A stretch of 64,000 nt of DNA from an uncultured Candidatus Rokubacteria bacterium (GTDB lineage Bacteria > Methylomirabilota > Methylomirabilia > Rokubacteriales > DASRDR01): the NCBI GenBank assembly GCA_963826115.1, contig CAWGVS010000006.1:480001-544000 (forward strand), read 5' to 3'. The position numbers were made by a program, and so were the translations under genes. Shown one piece after another: positions 19,812-28,815 of the stretch; position 1 is the stretch's first letter; each line of letters opens with the position of its first letter. The notes under the pieces were generated by a model, which searched no databases, was not told where the DNA came from, and saw only the letters and a program-made list of their open reading frames with translations.

Positions 19812-21074
19812 CGCTCGGCTCGAGCCTGACGGCCGTCACGCTCGCGCGGACGCCGCTCGTGCGCGGCGCGGCCTGGCTCGTGCTCGCCGCGCAGGGAACC
19901 GGGTTCTTCCTCCAGATGTACGCCCGCATGCAGCGGGTGACGGGGAACGATCTCGGCGCCCGCCTCGCGTCCGCGCGCATCCTGGTGGAGGGCGGGAATC
20001 CCTACGCCCTCACGCTGCCCCAGGGGCACGGCCCCTATCCGCTCACGATCGACGTCCTCGTCATTCCCCTGACCTGGATTCCTCTCGGGCTCGCCCAGAG
20101 CCTCTGGTTCGCGCTGAGCGTCGCCGCGCTCGTGGGGACGCTGCTCGTCCTCGACGGCCTCTGGCGAGAGGCGCGGCGAGGGGAGGCCGACCCGGTCCTC
20201 GCCGTGCCCTTCGAGGTCCGCCTGGCGCTCCTCACGCTCGCCCTGTTCATCCCGCTCCAGAACCACCTCCGCTACGGCCAGGTGAACCTCCTCCTGCTGT
20301 GCCTCTCGACCGTCTTCCTGGCATTCCACCTCCGCGGGCGGCGGTGTGCCGCGGCGGCCTCGCTCGGCGGGGCCATCGCCCTCAAGCTCACGCCGGCGGT
20401 CTTTCTCGTCTACCTCGGCCGCGGACGGTGGTACCGGACGGCCGTGGGCGCGATCGGCTGGACCCTGCTCCTGGCCGTCGCGGTACCGGCGCTCGTCTCG
20501 CCGCGGGTGCTCGAGTGGTACCGCGACGGGTGGCTGCCCGAGGTGGCCGGCCTCACCGCGGGGCCCGTCGAGTACGAGTGGCGCACCCGGTTCACCCTCG
20601 CGGCCCTCCTGGCGGAGAGGTGGCCGCCGATCGCGGCGCTGCCCGGTCTCCGCCACCTGGCCGCGGCGGCCGTGCTTCTCCCGATCCTGTGGATCCAGCC
20701 CCGCCTGGCGCGCGACACCGCGCGGGACGCTGCTCCTCTTCGCGCTCTACGTGACGGCGATGCCGCTCGTCTCGCCCGTGAGCGAGACGCATCACCTGGC
20801 GGTGCTGGCGGCGCCCCTGTGGATCTGGCTCCTGGCGGCGGGCGCGCCGCCCCGCATGCCGCTCCTCGACGGCGCCGGGGCGGTCGCGGTCCTGGGCGCG
20901 CTCTGGCTCGGCATCGCGCTGGCCGGCCCAGCCGCAGGCCGGCGCGGGTCGCCCTTCGAAGGGGCGGCCCTGCTGGTTCTATACGGCGTTCTGCTGGTCC
21001 GGAGCCTTCGCGTGTCGGCCGTCCGGCTTGACACCCCCGGCGCCCTCGGCGACGCTCGATTCGAGAGGACCTGA
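19808..21074 (+). pseudogene. GT87 (DUF2029)-like membrane glycosyltransferase with a 1-nt frameshift near 20717
   Basis: First frame has GGNPY, YP, GQVNLL, AIALKLTP; second frame continues LLLFALY..SPVSETHH and ends in TGA overlapping the next ATG. Confidence 0.7.
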
Positions 21075-22819
21075 TGGCCACGAAGACGCTGCGCGTGGAG
21101 ACGGTCGCCCAGGCCTACCTCGAGCTCCTGCGGGAGCGCGGGATCGACTGCTTCTTCGCCAATGCCGGGACCGACTTCGCCTCCATCGTGGACGCGTTCG
21201 CGCGCTTCCAGACCGAGGGGAAGACCGCGCCGCGCCCGATCGCGGTGCCCCACGAGTTCGTCGCGGTGTCGATGGCCCACGGCTACTACCTGGTGACCGG
21301 GCGACTGCAGGCGGTGATGGTGCACGTCACCGTCGGGACGGCGAACGGCGTGGGGGCGATCATCAATGCTTCGCGGACACAGGTGCCCGTCCTCTTCACG
21401 GCAGGGCGGACGCCCATCACGGAAGAGGCGGGGCTCACCGGCGCGCGGGACACGCACATCCACTGGGCCCAGGAGTCCTTCGACCAGGCGGGGATGCTCC
21501 GGGAGTACGTCAAGTGGGACTACGAGCTGCGCCAGCCCGCCCAGCTCGAGGCGGTGGTCGACCGCGCGCTCGAGCTCGCGATGGCGGAGCCGCGCGGCCC
21601 CGTCTATCTCACGCTGCCCCGCGAGGTGCTGGCCCAGCCGCTCGGCGAGCTGACCATCTCGTCGCCGGCGCGCCGCCACGTGGAGAGCCGGCGGTACCCC
21701 GACCCCGCGCGCATCGAGGAGGCGGCGGAACGGCTCGCCCGCGCCCGCCACCCCTTGATCGTCACGGCCGAGGCCGGCCGCGCGCGGGCGGCCGTGGACG
21801 GCCTGGTCGCGCTCGCCGACGCGGGCGCCATCCCGGTGCTCGAGTCGAGCCCTGTCTACGTGAACTTCCCGGCGGACCACCCGTGCCACGCCGGCTGGGT
21901 CTTCGGGAGCCAGGACTACTCGGGGATCGCCGAGGCCGACGTCGTGCTGGTCGTCGACTGCGACGTGCCGTGGTTCCCGTCGCGGACGCGGCCCGCCGAC
22001 GACGCCACCGTGATCCAGCTCGCGGCCGACCCGTTCTACTCGCGGTATCCCATGCGCTCCTACCCGTGCGACGTTCCCGTGGCGGCGGAGCCCGCCGCGG
22101 CGCTGCCGCTCCTGGCGGAGGCGGTCCGCCGGCGCGTCGACCCGGCCGGCGTGGCGGCCCGGCGCGCGAGGCTCGCGGCGGCGCACCGGGAGCAGCGCGA
22201 GGCCTGGGCCCGCGCTGCGGCGGCGGAGGCGAGCCTCACGCCCATCGGCTTCCAGTGGGCGTCCCGGTGCGTCGGCGAGGTGCTCGGCGCCGACTCCATC
22301 GTCGTCAACGAGTACCCGCTCGACGTCCGGCACGCGCCGCCGTCGGGGCCCGGGACCTGCTTCGGGTCGCCCCACTCCGGCGGACTCGGCTGGGCGCTGG
22401 GCGCGGCGCTCGGGGCGAAGCTCGGCGCGCCGGAGAAGACCGTGATCGCCACGGTGGGCGACGGGGCCTACATCTTCGGCGCGCCGACCGCGGCGCACCT
22501 CGCGTCCCAGCTCCACAAGCTCCCGTTCCTGACCGTGATCTTCAACAACGCGTCGTGGGAAGCCGTCGAGCGCGCCACCCGCTCGGTGCACCCCGACGGC
22601 TGGGCGGCGACGACCGCGGCGTTCCCCCTGACCGGGCTCTCGGCCAGCGCCCGCTACGAGGAGATCGCGCGGAGCTTCGGTGGCCACGGCGAGCGGGTGG
22701 AAGATCCCGCCGAGCTGCCCGGGGCCCTGCGCCGCGCGCTCCGCGTCGTCCGCGAGGAAGGCCGCCAGGCCGTCCTGAACGTGATCTGCCGGCGCCAGCC
22801 CGGCTCGCCCAAGGGCTAG
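21074..22819 (+). CDS. thiamine diphosphate-dependent enzyme (acetolactate synthase-like superfamily)
   Basis: FANAGTDF, PHEFVA..MAHGY, GPVYLTLP, GDG..NN ThDP-binding motif. Confidence 0.9.
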   Translation: MATKTLRVETVAQAYLELLRERGIDCFFANAGTDFASIVDAFARFQTEGKTAPRPIAVPHEFVAVSMAHGYYLVTGRLQAVMVHVTVGTANGVGAIINASRTQVPVLFTAGRTPITEEAGLTGARDTHIHWAQESFDQAGMLREYVKWDYELRQPAQLEAVVDRALELAMAEPRGPVYLTLPREVLAQPLGELTISSPARRHVESRRYPDPARIEEAAERLARARHPLIVTAEAGRARAAVDGLVALADAGAIPVLESSPVYVNFPADHPCHAGWVFGSQDYSGIAEADVVLVVDCDVPWFPSRTRPADDATVIQLAADPFYSRYPMRSYPCDVPVAAEPAAALPLLAEAVRRRVDPAGVAARRARLAAAHREQREAWARAAAAEASLTPIGFQWASRCVGEVLGADSIVVNEYPLDVRHAPPSGPGTCFGSPHSGGLGWALGAALGAKLGAPEKTVIATVGDGAYIFGAPTAAHLASQLHKLPFLTVIFNNASWEAVERATRSVHPDGWAATTAAFPLTGLSASARYEEIARSFGGHGERVEDPAELPGALRRALRVVREEGRQAVLNVICRRQPGSPKG

Positions 22820-22896
22820 GCGGCTCCGGCCGGCGGGCGCCGACCCGGCGGCGCGGGGAATTGGCGGGGCGCCCGTCGGGCCCGATAATGCGGGCC

Positions 22897-25800
22897 ATGG
22901 ACACGGAGCTCGCCGCCGCCCCCACGCTCACCCTCGACGACCGCTACCTCCGTGAGGAGGGGCACGTCTACCTCTCCGGCATGCACGCCCTCGTCCGTCT
23001 GCCAATCGACCAGAGCCGGCGGGACCGCCGGGCCGGGCTCCGCATCGGCACGTTCATCAGCGGCTTCCCGGGCTCGCCGCTCGGCGGCTACGACCTCGCG
23101 CTCCGCCAGGCCCGCGCGATCCTCGAGCCGCACGACGTCCGCCACGTGCCGGGCGCGAACGAGGAGCTTGCCGCCACCGCGCTCTCCGGCACCCAGATGC
23201 TCGACCGCTACCCGCACTCCCGCTACGACGGGGTCGTGGGCCTCTGGTACGGGAAGGGGCCCGGGGTCGACCGGAGCGGGGACGCGCTCAAGCACGGCAA
23301 CTTCGCGGGGACGAGCCGGCACGGCGCGGTCGTGGTCCTGTCCGGCGACGACCACGAGGCCAAGAGCTCCACGATGCCGTATCAGGACGACTACGCCTTC
23401 GTGGGGCACGGGATGCCGATCCTCTATCCGGCCACGACGGGGGAGTTCCTCACGCTCGGGCTCCACGCGATCGCGCTCTCGCGCTTCTCGGGCTGCTGGG
23501 TGGCGATGAAGCTCGTGGGCCAGCTCGCCGACGGCGGCGAGACCGTGCGCGTGTCGCCCGACGAGCCGGGCATCGTGACGCCGGAGCTCCTCCTCGACGG
23601 GAAGCCCTTCCGGAAGTCGACGGACTTCACGTTCTTCCCCGGCCTCAACATCGAGACCGAGCGCCAGCTCTACTACGAGCGCCACCGGGCCGTGCTCGCC
23701 TACGCGCGCGCGAACAGCCTCACCCGGTCGGAGGTCGGCGCCCGCGGCGACCGGGTCGGCCTGGTGACGGCGGGGAAGTCGTACGGCGACCTCCGTCAGG
23801 CGCTGGTCGACCTCGGCCTCGACGACGGCGCGCTCCGCCGCCTCGGCGTGCGCCTCCTCCGGGTGGGGCTGATCTACCCGCTGGATCCCGAGGCGATCCG
23901 CGGGTTCGCCCGTGGCCTCGAGGAGATCGTGGTGGTGGAGGAGAAGCGGGGGTTCCTCGAGGCGCAGGTGAAGGAAGCGCTCGCGGGGCTCGGACAGAGC
24001 GTCCGGGTGCTGGGCAAGAGCGACGAGGCCGGCGCGCCGCTGTTTCCGATCCAGGGCGGGATGGACTCCGACGCAGTGGCCGAGCGGCTCGGTCCCCGTC
24101 TCCTCGTCCTCGCCGCGCGCCAACCCGATCTCGGGGCCGGGATCCGCCGGCGGCTCGAGGCGATCCGGGCGCTCCGCGCGCGTCCCCACGAGGCGCACCC
24201 GGGGCGGACGCCGAACTACTGCTCCGGGTGTCCCCACAACGTCGGCACGCGGCTCCTGCCCGGCGAGCTGGCGTGGGGGAGTCCCGGCTGCCACTCGTTC
24301 GCGTCGATCATCGAGCAGCCCGAGCGGCACATCGTGTCCATGACCCAGCTGGGGGGCGAGGGCCTCCCGTGGATCGGGCTCGAGCCGTACACCGACCGGC
24401 CGCACATCGTCCAGAACGTCGGGGACGGGTCGCTCTTCCACTCGTCGTTCCTGAACATCCGGTTCTGCGTGGCGGCCGGCGCCAACATGACCTTCAAGAT
24501 CCTCTACAACGGGTTCGTCGCGAACACCGGCGCCCAGGAGATGGTCGGCGGGAAGCCCGTGCCCGAGCTCACGCGGATGCTGGAGCTGGAGGGTGTGCGG
24601 ACGACGGTGGTCCTGACCAAGGACCCCGACGTGTACCGGGGCACCGGCCTCGCCGGCAACGCACGGGTCGAGCCCGTCGAACGTCAGGACGAGGTGCTGC
24701 GCGAGCTCGCCGCGACCCGGGGCGTGACCGTGCTCATCCACGACGGGATCTGCGCCAACGAGCGCCGGCGCCGGCAGAAGCGGGGGCTGCTGCCGGTGGC
24801 GAGCCGCTTCGTCGTGATCAACGAGGAGGTCTGCGAGGGCTGCGGGCACTGCGGCGCCCTGACGAACTGCATGTCGCTCCACCGCGTCGAGACGGAGCTC
24901 GGCCCCAAGACGCGGGTCCACGCCTCGTCCTGCAACCAGGACCTCTCGTGCCTCGGCGGCGACTGCCCGTCGTTCGTGACCGTCGACACCGAACCGGGGA
25001 CGGGCTACCGGCGGCCATCTCCACCCGAGCTCTCCGCCGACACGGTGCCGGAGCCGGCCGCGCGCGTCGGGCTCGATCGGCCGTACCACGTCTATCTCCC
25101 GGGGGTCGGGGGGACGGGCGTGATCACCATGAACGCGCTCCTCAGCTGGGCCGCGCTGATCGACGGCGTGCACGCCTCGAGCTATGACCAGACGGGCGCG
25201 GCTCAGAAGTGGGGGCCGGTGCTGTCGAGCCTGATCCTTGCCGCGCCGGACCAGACGGTGGCCGCGAACAAGGTGGGGCTCGGACAGGCCGACCTCTACC
25301 TGGCGCTCGACCTCCTGGCGGCGGGGACCCGCGCCAACCTCGACCGCTGCGACCCCGCGCGGACGGTGGCGGTCCTGAACGCGTCGGTGCTGCCGAGCGG
25401 CGAGATGGTGCGCGACGTGACGTTCACGCCGCCGGTCGACGCGATCCGCGCCCAGATCGAGCGCGTCACGCGGCCTGGCGCCGCCGTCTCCGTGGATGCG
25501 CGCCGGCTGTCGGAGACGCTATTCGGCGACTACATGGCGACCAACATGCTGGTCCTCGGGGTCGCCTACCAGGCCGGGCTCCTACCGCTCACGCGGGCCG
25601 CCATCGAGGAGGCCGTGCGCCTGAACGGCGTCGCGGTGGCGCAGAATCTCCAGGCCTTCCGCTACGGCCGGCTCTGGGTGGCCGATCCGGACCGAGTCCG
25701 GGCGCTCGTCGACCCGCCGGCGCGGACGTTCGAGACGGAGCGGGCCGCGACCCTCGAGCGGCTCGGCGGCCGCGACGCGAGCGCCTACGTGTCGCTCCTG

Positions 25801-26442
25801 GACCGCTGCGCGCACCTCGACCCCGAGGCGCGGCGGATGCTCGCCTACCGCGTCGGCGAGCTGGTCGACTACCAGGACGCCGGCTACGCCGCGCCCTACG
25901 TGGAGTTCGTCCTCGAGGTGGCGGCGCGCGAGGCGGCGCTCTCGCCCGGCCGGACCGAGGTGACGCACGCTGTCGTCCGCCACCTCTACAAGCTCATGGC
26001 GTACAAGGACGAGTACGAGGTGGCGCGCCTCCACCTGAAAGCGGCGTTCGCCGCGGGGACGCGCGGGCTCTTCGCCGCGCCGCGCCGGCTCTCCTGGCAC
26101 CTCCACCCGCCGCTGCTCCGCGCGCTCGGGCTCAAGCGGAAGCTGCGCCTCGGGCCGTGGTTCCGGCACGCGCTCCGGGCGCTCCGCGCGCTGCGGCGCC
26201 TCCGGGGAACCCGATACGACCCCTTCGGCTACGCGCGCGTCCGAAGGGAGGAGCGGCGGCTCGTGCCCTGGTACCGCGGCCTGGTGATGGACGCGCTCCA
26301 GGCGGGCGACGCGGACGCCCACGCGACCGCTCTCGAGCTGGCGCGCCTGCCGGAAGCGATCCGCGGCTACGAGGACATCAAGCTCCGCGCCATCGCCGAG
26401 GCGGAGGCCCGGGCCGCCGCGCTCACCGGCGCCCCGCGCTGA
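22897..26442 (+). CDS. indolepyruvate:ferredoxin oxidoreductase family, fused single-chain form
   Basis: ISGFPGSPLGG, NEELAA, WYGKGPGVDRSGD, CSGCPHN, GDG, CEGCGHC, GVGGTG, YKLMAYKDEYEVARL, IRGYEDIK. Confidence 0.92.
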   Translation: MDTELAAAPTLTLDDRYLREEGHVYLSGMHALVRLPIDQSRRDRRAGLRIGTFISGFPGSPLGGYDLALRQARAILEPHDVRHVPGANEELAATALSGTQMLDRYPHSRYDGVVGLWYGKGPGVDRSGDALKHGNFAGTSRHGAVVVLSGDDHEAKSSTMPYQDDYAFVGHGMPILYPATTGEFLTLGLHAIALSRFSGCWVAMKLVGQLADGGETVRVSPDEPGIVTPELLLDGKPFRKSTDFTFFPGLNIETERQLYYERHRAVLAYARANSLTRSEVGARGDRVGLVTAGKSYGDLRQALVDLGLDDGALRRLGVRLLRVGLIYPLDPEAIRGFARGLEEIVVVEEKRGFLEAQVKEALAGLGQSVRVLGKSDEAGAPLFPIQGGMDSDAVAERLGPRLLVLAARQPDLGAGIRRRLEAIRALRARPHEAHPGRTPNYCSGCPHNVGTRLLPGELAWGSPGCHSFASIIEQPERHIVSMTQLGGEGLPWIGLEPYTDRPHIVQNVGDGSLFHSSFLNIRFCVAAGANMTFKILYNGFVANTGAQEMVGGKPVPELTRMLELEGVRTTVVLTKDPDVYRGTGLAGNARVEPVERQDEVLRELAATRGVTVLIHDGICANERRRRQKRGLLPVASRFVVINEEVCEGCGHCGALTNCMSLHRVETELGPKTRVHASSCNQDLSCLGGDCPSFVTVDTEPGTGYRRPSPPELSADTVPEPAARVGLDRPYHVYLPGVGGTGVITMNALLSWAALIDGVHASSYDQTGAAQKWGPVLSSLILAAPDQTVAANKVGLGQADLYLALDLLAAGTRANLDRCDPARTVAVLNASVLPSGEMVRDVTFTPPVDAIRAQIERVTRPGAAVSVDARRLSETLFGDYMATNMLVLGVAYQAGLLPLTRAAIEEAVRLNGVAVAQNLQAFRYGRLWVADPDRVRALVDPPARTFETERAATLERLGGRDASAYVSLLDRCAHLDPEARRMLAYRVGELVDYQDAGYAAPYVEFVLEVAAREAALSPGRTEVTHAVVRHLYKLMAYKDEYEVARLHLKAAFAAGTRGLFAAPRRLSWHLHPPLLRALGLKRKLRLGPWFRHALRALRALRRLRGTRYDPFGYARVRREERRLVPWYRGLVMDALQAGDADAHATALELARLPEAIRGYEDIKLRAIAEAEARAAALTGAPR

Positions 26443-28627
26443 CCGTCGCGCCGGCGCGCGCGGTGGGCGCTCCGCGGGCCGATGGCCCCTCGCAGGGGGC
26501 GCCGGGGGACTCCAGCGCCCCGGAGGGGGCCGCGCGGACCAGCGCCAGCCCATCCACCCAGAGCGTCCCGGCGCCCGTCGAGCGGATCCGCGCCTCGATC
26601 TCGCGGCCGTCCTCCGGCGTGACCGTGAGCACGAAGTCCCGGTACTCGGCGGGATCGAGCGCGCCCGGCTCGAGCGGGCGCTCGGCCAGCACACGCGTGC
26701 CCTGGTCGGCGACGATCTCGATCGAGCCTGGCGAGCGACCGCGGCTGGGGGCGTCGCCCCGCAGGCGGGCGACCAGCTCGTGCGGGCGAGGGCAGCCGGC
26801 GACGTACCATCCGTAGACCACGAAGCCGGCCTGCCCGCTCGGTGCCCGCACGGCGCGGCCCTGGCGGCTCCTCACGTCGCCGCGGACGGTTCCCACCTGG
26901 CGCAGCAGGCTGACGGCGTCCCGCACGTCGCCCAGAATCCAGCGGGCCAGCGAGCGGTTCGCGGCCCGGTCGCCGCCCCGTCGGAAGAGCGCGATGTCCT
27001 CCGTGTAGGAGACCACGGCGTACGGGCTGTCCGTGAGGAGGTGCGCGAGCTCGGGGGACGGGCGGGGGCGGTCGATCAGAAGGAAGGGGTCGCTCAGAGG
27101 AACGTTCCAGTTGGTGCACCAGAGGTCCGGCGAGCCGCCCACCGACCGCAGCGACACGTATTCCCACGTGCATCCCGGGCGCCGCCCGACGTAACGGTGG
27201 GTCGAGAGGTGGTGGCTGCCGGCGAGTGATGCCGTTCGCGGCACCGCGCCGAGCGTGGCCCAGAGCGCGCGACTGTGCGGGGTGGGCCAGTAGTCCGACC
27301 ACGTGAAGGAGCGGGTGAGCGGGGAGTACCCGAGCATCGCGTGCAGCGCGAGCGCCGTCGCGGGCACCGCCAGCACGGCGGCCAGCCGGAACCGCGGGCC
27401 GGCCGCCAGGCGTCCGTCGAGGGCGCGCGCGCCGTCGATCGCCATCACCCCCGCGACGGCGATCGCCGGGTACGCGTGATGGTACGCGAGCATCGCGGGA
27501 TAGAGCGCGGTCATGAGCTGGGGGGCGAAGCCGAGGAGGAGCACCCAGGACGCGCCGGCCGCCAGGGGCAGGACGCCGAACGACGCGAGGAGTCCGAGGA
27601 TGGCGGGGATGGAGGACTCGAGGACGTGCGTCAGGACCCGACCGGGCGTGGCAGGATCCGCGAGCGCCGCGGAGAGAGACGGGCCGAGCCAGGTGTACAT
27701 GCGCCACGGCGGACGCGTCGCGTACACGACGGTGAACCCGGGCATCACGACCTTCAGGAGCACGACCATCCACACTCCCGAGAGAACCAGCGCCGTCCCC
27801 GCGAGTCTGCGCCAACCAACCGTCCACCATGCGTAGACGGCCAGTACCCCGGTGATGAATCCGGCGTCCTCCCGACTCATCGCGATCAGGATCAGGGCCA
27901 TGGCGAAGCCGACCGGCCGCTCCCGGTGCACGCAGATGGCGGCGGCCACGATGAGGAATGCCAGGAACGGCGCGTTGCCCAATTCTGCGGATAGGGCCCA
28001 ATCCTTACTCGGCACCAACAGGACCGCGGTGGTGATGGCCAGCGGCCACGGCCCGGGCCCGAGGCGCAGCGATGCCAGTCGATGAACGGCGGTGGCCATG
28101 ATTCCATATCCGGCGATCTGGATCAGTAGGAGCACGCGTGGATCCGGCCAGACCCTCCACGCCGGGAGCCACAGAAGCGTCTGGAGCGCCCAGTGGTGAG
28201 CCAGGTACGACTCGGTGAGCTTCGGATTCCCCTGAACCCAGTGGATGAACTGGCCGCGAAATGAGCCCTGGACGAGGTCGACGAAGAGCTTGAGGTCCGA
28301 GGAGTAGTGGCGGAACGTCAGGTAGCCGAGACAGGCCATCGCGACCTGAACCGCGAAGAAGACCGCCAGCAGCCCCGCGACCGCGCCGCGCCGCTCCCGG
28401 GCCGCGAGCCACCGCTCGACCCAGGCGCGTGGCGCCAGCCCGGCGAGCGCGCTCGCGGCGAGGAGGCCGATCAGCCACGGGAGCAGCGGGCCAGGGCGCT
28501 TCGGATCGAGAGGCACGAGGATCCACCCCACGGCGACCACGGAAGCCGCGGTGAGCGCGAGGCCGATCGTGCCGCCCGGGGCCGCGGACCACGTGGCCCG
28601 AGCGCGTGCTCCGAGAGACTGGGCCAT
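26423..28627 (-). CDS. DUF2079-like membrane protein (GT-C fold glycosyltransferase-like)
   Basis: Multi-TM; DL..F..., SYLAHH, LLLIQ and SRED motifs; soluble C-terminal domain. Confidence 0.65.
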   Translation of the reverse strand: MAQSLGARARATWSAAPGGTIGLALTAASVVAVGWILVPLDPKRPGPLLPWLIGLLAASALAGLAPRAWVERWLAARERRGAVAGLLAVFFAVQVAMACLGYLTFRHYSSDLKLFVDLVQGSFRGQFIHWVQGNPKLTESYLAHHWALQTLLWLPAWRVWPDPRVLLLIQIAGYGIMATAVHRLASLRLGPGPWPLAITTAVLLVPSKDWALSAELGNAPFLAFLIVAAAICVHRERPVGFAMALILIAMSREDAGFITGVLAVYAWWTVGWRRLAGTALVLSGVWMVVLLKVVMPGFTVVYATRPPWRMYTWLGPSLSAALADPATPGRVLTHVLESSIPAILGLLASFGVLPLAAGASWVLLLGFAPQLMTALYPAMLAYHHAYPAIAVAGVMAIDGARALDGRLAAGPRFRLAAVLAVPATALALHAMLGYSPLTRSFTWSDYWPTPHSRALWATLGAVPRTASLAGSHHLSTHRYVGRRPGCTWEYVSLRSVGGSPDLWCTNWNVPLSDPFLLIDRPRPSPELAHLLTDSPYAVVSYTEDIALFRRGGDRAANRSLARWILGDVRDAVSLLRQVGTVRGDVRSRQGRAVRAPSGQAGFVVYGWYVAGCPRPHELVARLRGDAPSRGRSPGSIEIVADQGTRVLAERPLEPGALDPAEYRDFVLTVTPEDGREIEARIRSTGAGTLWVDGLALVRAAPSGALESPGAPCEGPSARGAPTARAGATVSAGRR

Positions 28628-28720
28628 GGGTTGCCGCCGAGTCTAGCAGACGGCCGACGCGCGCTGAAGCGATCGCCGGCCTCCGCGAGTGTTCACGCGG
28701 GTTTACGCGGTCTCTCGGTC

Positions 28721-28749
28721 TTGACACTCTGCGTCGAGGGCAGTAGCAT
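28721..28749 (+). promoter_or_regulatory. sigma-70 promoter of the TCA cluster
   Basis: TTGACA-N17-TAGCAT. Confidence 0.65.
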
Positions 28750-28815
28750 GAGGGCGCGGTCGAGAGCGCCTCCAGTCCACCAGGGCGGGAGGCGATTACT
28801 TTGGGGAGCCCTGCC

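Noticed and set aside
17108-21031. 1307-aa ORF overlapping the molybdoenzyme
   Set aside because: Only 19808 to about 20717 is genuine (GT87 N-terminal part); the rest is off-frame. The same artefact extends 34482..36860, 40592..42553, 45837..48356 and 57181..58617
21028-21056. TTGACA inside the GT87 3' end as an internal promoter for the ThDP gene
   Set aside because: The -10 at 17-bp spacing (GACGCT) is weak and cannot be supported from sequence alone
21028-26442. 1804-aa ORF suggesting a giant fusion protein
   Set aside because: The first about 620 codons are an Arg/Pro/Gly-rich off-frame overlap of the ThDP gene; the real IOR starts near 22897
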